Source of the DNA: Eledone cirrhosa
Taxonomy: Eukaryota
DNA: 64,000 nt
Reading direction: 5' to 3'
Assembly (NCBI GenBank): GCA_964016885.1
Contig: OZ024741.1
Coordinates: 409,138,001-409,202,000, forward strand
This document shows positions 41,001 to 53,999 of this stretch, piece after piece. A program made the position numbers and the translations under genes. Position 1 is the first letter of the stretch, and the number at the start of each line of letters is the position of its first letter. Below the pieces are notes generated by a model, which saw only the letters and a program-made list of their open reading frames with translations, was not told the DNA's origin and did not search any database.

Positions 41001-44000
41001 CCTATTTTAAAAGGGAGACTGCACCTATTTTAAAAGGGAGACTGTACCTATTTTAAAAGGAAGACTGTACCTATTTTAAAAGGAAGACTGTACCTATTTT
41101 AAAAGGAAGACTGTGTACTTATTTTAAAAGGAAGACTGTGTACCTATTTTAAAAGGGAGACTATGTACCTATTTTAAGAGGAAGCAGATACCTATTTTAA
41201 AAGGAAGACTGTGTACCTATTTTAAAAGGGAGACTGCACCTATTTTAAAAGGAAGACTGTGTACCTATTTTAAAAGGGAGACTGTGTACGTATTTTAAAA
41301 GGAAGACTGTGTACCTATTTTAAAAAGGAGACTTACCTATTTTAAAAGGAAGACTGTACCTATTTTAAAAGGAAGACTGTACCTATTTTAAAAGGAAGAC
41401 TGTGTACCTATTTTAAAAGGGAGACTGTACCTATTTTAAAAGGAAGACTCTACCTATTTTAAAAGGAAGACTGTACCTATTTTAAAAGGAAGACTGTGTA
41501 CCTATTTTAAAAGGAAGACTGTACCTATTTTAAAATGAAGACTGTGTACCTGTTTTAAAAGGGAGACTGTGTACCTATTTTAAAAGGGAGACTGTGTACC
41601 TATTTTAAAAGGAAGACTTACCTATTTTAAAAGGAAGACTGTGTACCTATTTTAAAAGGGAGACTGTACCTATTTTAAAAGGAAGACTGTGTACCTATTT
41701 TAAAAAGAAGACTGTACCTATTTTAAAAGGAAGACTCTACCTATTTTAAAAGGAAGACTGTGTACCTATTTTAAAAGGGAGATTGCACCTATTTTAAAAG
41801 GGAGATTGTACCTATTTTAAAAGGAAGACTTACCTATTTTAGAAGGAAGACTGTACCTATTTTAAAAAGAAGACTGTGTACCTATTTTAAAAGGGAGACT
41901 GTGTACCTATTTTAAGAGGAAGAAGATACCTATTTTAAAAGGAAGACCGTGTACCTATTTTAAAAGGGAGACTGTACCTATTTTAAAAGGAAGACTGTAC
42001 CTATTTTAAAAGGAAGACTGTACATATTTTAAAAGGAAGACTGTGTACCTATTTTAAAAGGGAGACTGTGTACCTATTTTAAAAGGAAGACTGTACCTAT
42101 TTTAAAAGGAAGACTATACCTATTTTAAAAGGAAGACTGTACCTATTTTAAAAAGAAGACTGTACCTATTTTAAAAGGAAGACTGTACCTATTTTAAAAG
42201 GAAGATTCTGTACTTATTTTAAAAGGAAGACTGTACCTATTTTAAAAGGGAGACTGTGTACCTATTTTAAAAGGAAGACTCTACATATTTTAAAAGGAAG
42301 ACTGTGTACCTATTTTAAAAGGGAGACTGTACCTATTTTAAAAGGAAGACTGTGTACGTATTTTAAAAGGGAGACTGTGTACCTATTTTAAAAAGAAGAC
42401 TGTACCTATTTTAAAAGGAAGACTCTACCTATTTTAAAAGGAAGTCTGTGTACCTATTTTAAAAGGGAGACTGCACCTATTTTAAAAGGGAGATTGTACC
42501 TATTTTAAAAGGAAGTCTGTACCTATTTTAAAAGGAAGACTGTACCTATTTTAAAAGGAAGACTGTGTACCTATTTTAAAAGGAAGACTGTACCTATTTC
42601 AAAAGGAAGACTATGTACCTATTTTAAAAGGGAGACTGTGTACCTATTTTAAGAGGAAGAAGATACCTATTTTAAAAGGAAGACCGTGTACCTATTTTCA
42701 AAGGGTGACTGTACCTATTTTAAAAGGAAGACTGTACCTATTTTAAAAGAGAGACTGTACCTATCTTAAAAGGAAGACTGTACTTATTTTAAAAGGAAGA
42801 CTGTACCTATTTTAAAAGGGAGACTGTGTACCTATTTTAAAAGGGAGACTGTACCTATTTTAAAAGGAATACTGTGTACCTGTTTTAAAAGGGAGACTGT
42901 ACCTATTTTAAAAGGGAGACTCTACCTATTTTAAAAGGAAGACTGTACCTATTTTAAAAGGGAGACTGTGTACCTATTTTAAAAGGGAGACTGTACCTAT
43001 GTTAAAAGGAAGACTGTGTACGTATTTTAAAAGGGAGATGTACCTATTTTAAAAAGAAGACTGTACCTATTTTAAAAGGAAGACTCTACATATTTTAAAA
43101 GGAAGACTGTGTACCTATTTTAAAAGGGAGACTGCACCTATTTTAAAAGGGAGACTGTACCTATTTTAAAAGGAAGACTGTACCTATTTTAAAAGGAAGA
43201 CTGTACCTATTTTAAAAGGAAGACTGTGTACTTATTTTAAAAGGAAGACTGTGTACCGATTTTAAAAGGGAGACTATGTACCTATTTTAAGAGGAAGCAG
43301 ATACCTATTTTAAAAGGAAGACTGTGTACCTATTTTAAAAGGAAGACTCTACATATTTTAAAAGGAAGACTGTGTACCTATTTTAAAAGGGAGACTGTAC
43401 CTATTTTAAAATGAAGACTGTGTACGTATTTTAAAAGGGAGACTGTGTACCTATTTTAAAAAGAAGACTGTACCTATTTTAAAAGGAAGACTCTACCTAT
43501 TTTAAAAGGAAGTCTGTGTACCTATTTTAAAAGGGAGACTGCACCTATTTTAAAAGGGAGATTGTACCTATTTTAAAAGGAAGACTGTGTACCTATTTTA
43601 AAAGGGAGACTGCACCTATTTTAAAAGGAAGACTGTATCTATTTTAAAAGGAATACTGTACCTATTTTAAAAGGAAGACTGTGTACCTATATTAAAAGGG
43701 AGACTGTGTACGTATTTTAAAAGGAAGACTGTGTACCTATTTTAAAAGGGAGACTTACCTATTTTAAAAGGAAGACTGTACCTATTTTAAAAGGAAGACT
43801 GTACCTATTTTAAAAGGAAGACTGTGTACCTATTTTAAAAGGGAGACTGTACCTATTTTAAAAGGTAGACTCTACCTATTTTAAAAGGAAGACTGTACCT
43901 ATTTTAAAAGGAAGACTGTGTACCTATTTTAAAAGGAAGACTGTACCTATTTTAAAATGAAGACTGTGTACCTGTTTTAAAAGGGAGACTGTGTACCTAT

Positions 44001-45979
44001 TTTAAAAGGGAGACTGTGTACCTATTTTAAAAGGAAGACTTACCTATTTTAAAAGGAAGACTGTGTACCTATTTTAAAAGGGAGACTGTACCTATTTTAA
44101 AAGGAAGACTGTGTACGTATTTTAAAAGGGAGACTGTGTACCTATTTTAAAAAGAAGACTGTACCTATTTTAAAAGGAAGACTCTTCCTATTTTAAAAGG
44201 AAGACTGTGTACCTATTTTAAAAGGGAGACTTCACCTATTTTAAAAGGGAGATTGTACCTATTTTAAAAGGAAGACTTACCTATTTTAGAAGGAAGACTG
44301 TACCTATTTTAAAAGGAAGACTGTGTACCTATTTTAAAAGGAAGACTGTACCTATTTCAAGAGGAAGACTATGTACCTATTTTAAAAGGGAGATTGTGTA
44401 CCTATTTTAAGAGGAAGAAGTTACCTATTTTAAAAGGAAGACCGTGTACCTATTTTAAAAGGGAGACTGTACCTATTTTAAAAGGGAGACTGTACCTATT
44501 TTAAAAGGAAGACTGTACATATTTTAAAAGGAAGACTGTGTACCAATTTTAAAAGGGAGACTGTGTACCTATTTTAAAAGGAAGACTGTACCTATTTTAA
44601 AAGGGAGACTGTGTACCTATTTTAAAAGGAAGACTGTACCTATTTTAAAAAGAAGACTGTACCTATTTTAAAAGGAAGACTGTACCTATTTTAAAAGGAA
44701 GATTCTGTACTTATTTTAAAAGGAAGACTGTACATATTTTAAAAGGAAGACTGTGTACCTATTTTAAAAGGAAGACTGTACCTATTTTAAAATGAAGACT
44801 GTGTACCTGTTTTAAAAGGGAGACTGTGTACCTATTTTAAAAGGGAGACTGTGTACCTATTTTAAAAGGAAGACTTACCTATTTTAAAAGGAAGACTGTG
44901 TACCTATTTTAAAAGGGAGACTGCACCTATTTTAAAAGGAAGACTGTATCTATTTTAAAAGGAATACTGTACCTATTTTAAAAAGAAGACTGTGTACCTA
45001 TATTAAAAGGGAGACTGTGTACGTATTTTAAAAGGAAGACTGTGTACCTATTTTAAAAGGGAGGCTTACCTATTTTAAAAGGAAGACTGTACCTATTTTA
45101 AAAGGAAGACTGTACCTATTTTAAAAGGAAGACTGTACCTATTTTAAAAGGGAGACTGTACCTATTTTAAAAGGAAGACTCTACCTATTTTAAAAGGAAG
45201 ACTGTACCTATTTTAAAAGGAAGACTGTGTACCCATTTTAAAAGGAAGACTGTACCTATTTTAAAATGAAGACTGTGTACCTGTTTTAAAAGGGAGACTG
45301 TGTACCTATTTTAAAAGGGAGACTGTGTACCTATTTTAAAAGGAAGACTTACCTATTTTAAAAGGAAGACTGTGTACCTATTTTAAAAGGGAGTCTGTAC
45401 CTATTTTAAAAGGAAGACTGTGTACATATTTTAAAAGGGAGACTGTGTACCTATTTTAAAAAGAAGACTGTACCTATTTTAAAAGGAAGACTCTACCTAT
45501 TTTAAAAGGAAGACTGTGTACCTATTTTAAAAGGGAGATTGCACCTATTTTAAAAGGGAGATTGTACCTATTTTAAAAGGAAGACTTACCTATTTTAGAA
45601 GGAAGACTGTACCTATTTTAAAAAGAAGACTGTGTACCTATTTTAAAAGGGAGACTGTGTACCTATTTTAAGAGGAAGAAGATACCTATTTTAAAAGGAA
45701 GACCGTGTACCTATTTTAAAAGGGAGACTGTACCTATTTTAAAAGGAAGACTGTACCTATTTTAAAAGGAAGACTGTACATATTTTAAAAGGAAGACTGT
45801 GTACCTATTTTAAAAGGGAGACTGTGTACCTATTTTAAAAGGAAGACTGTACCTATTTTAAAAGGAAGACTGTACCTATTTTAAAAGGAAGACTGTACCT
45901 ATTTTAAAAAGAAGACTGTACCTATTTTAAAAGGAAGACTGTACCTATTTTAAAAGGAAGATTCTGTACTTATTTTAAA

Positions 45980-48710
45980 AGGAAGACTGTACCTATTTTA
46001 AAAGGGAGACTGTGTACCTATTTTAAAAGGAAGACTCTACATATTTTAAAAGGAAGACTGTGTACCTATTTTAAAAGGGAGACTGTACCTATTTTAAAAG
46101 GAAGACTGTGTACGTATTTTAAAAGGGAGACTGTGTACCTATTTTAAAAAGAAGACTGTACCTATTTTAAAAGGAAGACTCTACCTATTTTAAAAGGAAG
46201 TCTGTGTACCTATTTTAAAAGGGAGACTGCACCTATTTTAAAAGGGAGATTGTACCTATTTTAAAAGGAAGTCTGTACCTATTTTAAAAGGAAGACTGTA
46301 CCTATTTTAAAAGGAAGACTGTGTACCTATTTTAAAAGGAAGACTGTACCTATTTCAAAAGGAAGACTATGTACCTATTTTAAAAGGGAGACTGTGTACC
46401 TATTTTAAGAGGAAGAAGATACCTATTTTAAAAGGAAGACCGTGTACCTATTTTCAAAGGGTGACTGTACCTATTTTAAAAGGAAGACTGTACCTATTTT
46501 AAAAGAGAGACTGTACCTATCTTAAAAGGAAGACTGTACTTATTTTAAAAGGAAGACTGTACCTATTTTAAAAGGGAGACTGTGTACCTATTTTAAAAGG
46601 GAGACTGTACCTATTTTAAAAGGAAGACTGTGTACCTGTTTTAAAAGGGAGACTGTACCTATTTTAAAAGGGAGACTCTACCTATTTTAAAAGGAAGACT
46701 GTACGTATTTTAAAAGGAAGACTGTACCTATTTTAAAAGGGAGACTGTACCTATTTTAAAAGGAAGACTGTGTACGTATTTTAAAAGGGAGATGTACCTA
46801 TTTTAAAAAGAAGACTGTACCTATTTTAAAAGGAAGACTCTACATATTTTAAAAGGAAGACTGTGTACCTATTTTAAAAGGGAGACTGCACCTATTTTAA
46901 AAGGGAGACTGTACCTATTTTAAAAGGAAGACTGTACCTATTTTAAAAGGAAGACTGTACCTATTTTAAAAGGAAGACTGTGTACTTATTTTAAAAGGAA
47001 GACTGTGTACCTATTTTAAAAGGGAGACTATGTACCTATTTTAAGAGGAAGCAGATACCTATTTTAAAAGGAAGACTGTGTACCTATTTTAAAAGGGAGA
47101 CTGCACCTATTTTAAAAGGAAGACTGTATCTATTTTAAAAGGAATACTGTACCTATTTTAAAAGGAAGACTGTGTACCTATATTAAAAGGGAGACTGTGT
47201 ACGTATTTTAAAAGGAAGACTGTGTACCTATTTTAAAAGGGAGACTTACCTATTTTAAAAGGAAGACTGTACCTATTTTAAAAGGAAGACTGTACCTATT
47301 TTAAAAGGAAGACTGTGTACCTATTTTAAAAGGGAGACTGTACCTATTTTAAAAGGAAGACTCTACCTATTTTAAAAGGAAGACTGTACCTATTTTAAAA
47401 GGAAGAGTGTGTACCTATTTTAAAAGGAAGACTGTACCTATTTTAAAATGAAGACTGTGTACCTGTTTTAAAAGGGAGACTGTGTACCTATTTTAAAAGG
47501 GAGACTGTGTACCTATTTTAAAAGGAAGACTTACCTATTTTAAAAGGAAGACTGTGTACCTATTTTAAAAGGGAGACTGTACCTATTTTAAAAGGGAGAC
47601 TGTGTACCTATTTTAAAAGGAAGACTCTACATATTTTAAAAGGAAGACTGTGTACCTATTTTAAAAGGGAGACTGTACCTATTTTAAAAGGAAGACTGTG
47701 TACGTATTTTAAAAGGGAGACTGTGTACCTATTTTAAAAAGAAGACTGTACCTATTTTAAAAGGAAGACTCTACCTATTTTAAAAGGAAGTCTGTGTACC
47801 TATTTTAAAAGGGAGACTGCACCTATTTTAAAAGGGAGATTGTACCTATTTTAAAAGGAAGTCTGTACCTATTTTAAAAGGAAGACTGTACCTATTTTAA
47901 AAGGAAGACTGTGTACCTATTTTAAAAGGAAGACTGTACCTATTTCAAAAGGAAGACTATGTACCTATTTTAAAAGGGAGACTGTGTACCTATTTTAAGA
48001 GGAAGAAGATACCTATTTTAAAAGGAAGACCGTGTACCTATTTTCAAAGGGTGACTGTACCTATTTTAAAAGGAAGACTGTACCTATTTTAAAAGAGAGA
48101 CTGTACCTATCTTAAAAGGAAGACTGTACTTATTTTAAAAGGAAGACTGTACCTATTTTAAAAGGGAGACTGTGTACCTATTTTAAAAGGGAGACTGTAC
48201 CTATTTTAAAAGGAAGACTGTGTACCTGTTTTAAAAGGGAGACTGTACCTATTTTAAAAGGGAGACTCTACCTATTTTAAAAGGAAGACTGTACGTATTT
48301 TAAAAGGAAGACTGTACCTATTTTAAAAGGGAGACTGTACCTATTTTAAAAGGAAGACTGTGTACGTATTTTAAAAGGGAGATGTACCTATTTTAAAAAG
48401 AAGACTGTACCTATTTTAAAAGGAAGACTCTACATATTTTAAAAGGAAGACTGTGTACCTATTTTAAAAGGGAGACTGCACCTATTTTAAAAGGGAGACT
48501 GTACCTATTTTAAAAGGAAGACTGTACCTATTTTAAAAGGAAGACTGTACCTATTTTAAAAGGAAGACTGTGTACTTATTTTAAAAGGAAGACTGTGTAC
48601 CTATTTTAAAAGGGAGACTATGTACCTATTTTAAGAGGAAGCAGATACCTATTTTAAAAGGAAGACTGTGTACCTATTTTAAAAGGGAGACTGCACCTAT
48701 TTTAAAAGGG
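45980..48710. repeat. 1590-bp tandem duplication (~1.7 copies)
   Basis: TTTTCAAAGGGTGAC occurs at 46451 and 48041, and the GTACGTATTT of a 23-mer variant occurs at 46701 and 48291. Both offsets are 1590. Confidence 0.85.
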
Positions 48711-51700
48711 AGATTGTACCTATTTTAAAAGGAAGTCTGTACCTATTTTAAAAGGAAGACTGTATCTATTTTAAAAGGAATACTGTACCTATTTTAAAAG
48801 GAAGACTGTGTACCTATATTAAAAGGGAGACTGTGTACGTATTTTAAAAGGAAGACTGTGTACCTATTTTAAAAGGGAGACTTACCTATTTTAAAAGGAA
48901 GACTGTACCTATTTTAAAAGGAAGACTGTACCTATTTTAAAAGGAAGACTGTGTACCTATTTAAAAGGGAGACTGTACCTATTTTAAAAGGAAGACTCTA
49001 CCTATTTTAAAAGGAAGACTGTACCTATTTTAAAAGGAAGACTGTGTACCTATTTTAAAAGGAAGACTGTACCTATTTTAAAATGAAGACTGTGTACCTG
49101 TTTTAAAAGGGAGACTGTGTACCTATTTTAAAAGGGAGACTGTGTACCTATTTTAAAAGGAAGACTTACCTATTTTAAAAGGAAGACTGTGTACCTATTT
49201 TAAAAGGGAGACTGTACCTATTTTAAAAGGAAGACTGTGTACGTATTTTAAAAGGGAGACTGTGTACCTATTTTAAAAAGAAGACTGTACCTATTTTAAA
49301 AGGAAGACTCTTCCTATTTTAAAAGGAAGACTGTGTACCTATTTTAAAAGGGAGACTGCACCTATTTTAAAAGGGAGATTGTACCTATTTTAAAAGGAAG
49401 ACTTACCTATTTTAGAAGGAAGACTGTACCTATTTTAAAAGGAAGACTGTGTACCTATTTTAAAAGGGAGACTATGTACCTATTTTAAGAGGAAGCAGAT
49501 ACCTATTTTAAAAGGAAGACTGTGTACCTATTTTAAAAGGAAGACTCTACATATTTTAAAAGGAAGACTGTGTACCTATTTTAAAAGGGAGACTGTACCT
49601 ATTTTAAAAGGAAGACTGTGTACGTATTTTAAAAGGGAGACTGTGTACCTATTTTAAAAAGAAGACTGTACCTATTTTAAAAGGAAGACTCTACCTATTT
49701 TAAAAGGAAGTCTGTGTACCTATTTTAAAAGGGAGACTGCACCTATTTTAAAAGGGAGATTGTACCTATTTTAAAAGGAAGTCTGTACCTATTTTAAAAG
49801 GAAGACTGTACCTATTTTAAAAGGAAGACTGTGTACCTATTTTAAAAGGAAGACTGTACCTATTTCAAAAGGAAGACTATGTACCTATTTTAAAGGGGAG
49901 ACTGTGTACCTATTTTAAGAGGAAGAAGATACCTATTTTAAAAGGAAGACCGTGTACCTATTTTCAAAGGGTGACTGTACCTATTTTAAAAGGAAGACTG
50001 TACCTATTTTAAAAGAGAGACTGTACCTGTCTTAAAAGGAAGACTGTACTTATTTTAAAATGAAGACTGTACCTATTTTAAAAGGGAGACTGTGTACCTA
50101 TTTTAAAAGGGAGACTGTACCTATTTTAAAAGGAAGACTGTGTACCTGTTTTAAAAGGGAGACTGTACCTATTTTAAAAGGGAGACTCTACCTATTTTAA
50201 AAGGAAGACTGTACCTATTTTAAAAGGAAGACTGTACCTATTTTAAAAGGGAGACTGTGTACCTATTTTAAAATGGAGACTGTACCTATTTTAAAAGGAA
50301 GACTGTGTACGTATTTTAAAAGGGAGATGTACCTATTTTAAAAAGAAGACTGTACCTATTTTAAAAGGAAGACTCTACATATTTTAAAAGGAAGACTGTG
50401 TACCTATTTTAAAAGGGAGACTGCACCTATTTTAAAAGGGAGACTGTACCTATTTTAAAAGGAAGACTGTACCTATTTTAAAAGGAAGACTGTACCTATT
50501 TTAAAAGGAAGACTGTGTACTTATTTTAAAAGGAAGACTGTGTACCTATTTTAAAAGGGAGACTATGTACCTATTTTAAGAGGAAGCAGATACCTATTTT
50601 AAAAGGAAGACTGTGTACCTATTTTAAAAGGGAGACTGCACCTATTTTAAAAGGAAGACTGTATCTATTTTAAAAGGAATACTGTACCTATTTTAAAAGG
50701 AAGACTGTGTACCTATATTAAAAGGGAGACTGTGTACGTATTTTAAAAGGAAGACTGTGTACCTATTTTAAAAGGGAGACTTACCTATTTTAAAAGGAAG
50801 ACTGTACCTATTTTAAAAGGAAGAATGTACCTATTTGAAAAGGAAGACTGTGTACCTATTTTAAAAGGGAGACTGTACCTATTTTAAAAGGAAGACTCTA
50901 CCTATTTTAAAAGGAAGACTGTACCTATTTTAAAAGGAAGACTGTGTACCTATTTTAAAAGGAAGACTGTACCTATTTTAAAATGAAGACTGTGTACCTG
51001 TTTTAAAAGGGAGACTGTGTACCTATTTTAAAAGGGAGACTGTGTACCTATTTTAAAAGGAAGACTTACCTATTTTAAAAGGAAGACTGTGTACCTATTT
51101 TAAAAGGGAGACTGTACCTATTTTAAAAGGAAGACTGTGTACGTATTTTAAAAGGGAGACTGTGTACCTATTTTAAAAAGAAGACTGTACCTATTTTAAA
51201 AGGAAGACTCTTCCTATTTTAAAAGGAAGACTGTGTACCTATTTTAAAAGGGAGACTGCACCTATTTTAAAAGGGAGATTGTACCTATTTTAAAAGGAAG
51301 ACTTACCTATTTTAGAAGGAAGACTGTACCTATTTTAAAAGGAAGACTGTGTACCTATTTTAAAAGGAAGACTGTACCTATTTCAAAAGGAAGACTATGT
51401 ACCTATTTTAAAAGGGAGACTGTGTACCTATTTTAAGAGGAAGAAGATACCTATTTTAAAAGGAAGACCGTGTACCTATTTTAAAAGGGAGACTGTACCT
51501 ATTTTAAAAGGAAGACTGTACCTATTTTAAAAGGAAGACTGTACATATTTTAAAAGGAAGACTGTGTACCTATTTTAAAAGGGAGACTGTGTACCTATTT
51601 TAAAAGGAAGACTGTACCTATTTTAAAAGGAAGACTGTACCTATTTTAAAAGGAAGACTGTACCTATTTTAAAAAGAAGACTGTACCTATTTTAAAAGGA

Positions 51701-53999
51701 AGACTGTACCTATTTTAAAAGGAAGATTCTGTACTTATTTTAAAAGGAAGACTGTACATATTTTAAAAGGAAGACTGTGTACCTATTTTAAAAGGAAGAC
51801 TGTACCTATTTTAAAATGAAGACTGTGTACCTGTTTTAAAAGGGAGACTGTGTACCTATTTTAAAAGGGAGACTGTGTACCTATTTTAAAAGGAAGACTT
51901 ACCTATTTTAAAAGGAAGACTGTGTACCTATTTTAAAAGGGAGACTGTACCTATTTTAAAAGGAAGACTGTGTACGTATTTTAAAAGGGAGACTGTGTAC
52001 CTATTTTAAAAAGAAGACTGTACCTATTTTAAAAGGAAGACTCTACCTATTTTAAAAGGAAGTCTGTGTACCTATTTTAAAAGGGAGTCTGCACCTATTT
52101 TAAAAGGGAGATTGTACCTATTTTAAAAGGAAGTCTGTACCTATTTTAAAAGGAAGACTGTACCTATTTTAGAAGGAAGACTGTGTACCTATTTTAAAAG
52201 GAAGACTGTACCTATTTCAAAAGGAAGACTATGTACCTATTTTAAAAGGGAGACTGTGTACCTATTTTAAGAGGAAGAAGATACCTATTTTAAAAGGAAG
52301 ACCGTGTACCTATTTTCAAAGGGTGACTGTACCTATTTTAAAAGGAAGACTGTACATATTTTAAAACGAAGACTGTGTACCTATTTTAAAAGGGAGACTG
52401 TGTACCTATTTTAAATGGAAGACTGTACCTATTTGAAAAGGAAGACTCTACCTATTTTAAAAGGAAGACTGTACCTATTTTAAAAAGAAGACTGTACCTA
52501 TTTTAAAAGGAAGACTGTACCTATTTTAAAAGGAAGATTGTGTACCTATTTTAAAAGAGAGACTGTACCTATTTTAAAAGGAAGACTGTACTTATTTTAA
52601 AAGGAAGACTGTACCTATTTTAAAAGGGAGACTGTGTACCTATTTTAAAAGGGAGACTGTACCTATTTTAAAAGGAAGACTGTGTACCTATTTTAAAAGG
52701 GAGACTCTACCTATTTTAAAAAGAAGACTGTACCTATTTTAAAAGGAAGACTGTACCTATTTTAAAAGGAAGGCTGTGTACCTATTTTGAAAGGGAGACT
52801 GTGTACCTATTTTAAAAGGGAGACTTACCTATTTTAAAAGGAAGACTCTACCTATATAAAAAGGAAGACTGTACCTATTTTAAAAGGAAGACTGTGTACC
52901 TATTTTAAAAGGGAGACTGTGTACCTATTTTAAAAGGAAGACTGTGTACCTATTTTAAAAGGGAGACTGTGTACCTATTTTAAAAAGAAGACTGTGTACC
53001 TATTTTAAAAGGGAGACTGTACCTATTTTGAAAGGAAGACTGTGTACCTATTTTAAAAGGAAGACTGTACCTATTTTAAAAGGAAGACTGTACCTATTTT
53101 AAAAGGAAGACTGTGTAACTATTTTAAAAGGGAGACTGTGTAGCTATTTTAAAAGGAACACTGTGTACCTATTTTAAAAGGAAGACTGTACCTATTTTAA
53201 AAGGAAGACTGTACCTATTTTAAAAGGAAGACTGTACCTATTTTAAAAGGAAGACTGTGTACCTATATTAAAAGGGAGACTGTGTACGTATTTTAAAAGG
53301 AACACTGTGTACCTATTTTAAATGGGAGACTGTACCTATTTTAAAAGGAAGACTGTACCTATTTTAAAAGGAAGACTGTACCTATTTTAAAAGGAAGACT
53401 GTGTACCTATTTTAAAAGGGAGACTGTACCTATTTTAAAAGGAAGACTCTACCTATTTTAAAAGGAAGACTGTGTACCTATTTTAAAAGGGAGACTGTAC
53501 CTATTGTAAAAGGAAGACTGTACCTATTTTAAAAGGAAGACTGTGTACCTATTTTAAAAGGAAGGCTGTACCTATTTTAAAAGGGAGACTTTGTACCTAT
53601 TTTAAAAGGAAGACTGTACCTATTTTAAAATGAAGACTGTGTACCTGTTTTAAAAGGGAGACTGTGTACCTATTTTAAAAGGGAGACCGTGTACCTATTT
53701 TAAAAGGAAGACTTACCTATTTTAAAAGGAAGATTGTGTACCTATTTTAAAAGGGAGACTGTACCTATTTTAGAAGGAAGACTGTGTACGTATTTTAAAA
53801 GGGAGATGTACCTATTTTAAAAAGAAGACTGTACCTATTTTAAAAGGAAGACTCTACATATTTTAAAAGGAAGACTGTGTACCTATTTTAAAAGGGAGAT
53901 TGCACCTATTTTAAAAGGGGGACTGTACCTATTTTAAAAGGAAGACTGTACCTATTTTAAAAGGAAGACTGTTCCTATTTTAAAAGGAAGTCTGTGTAC

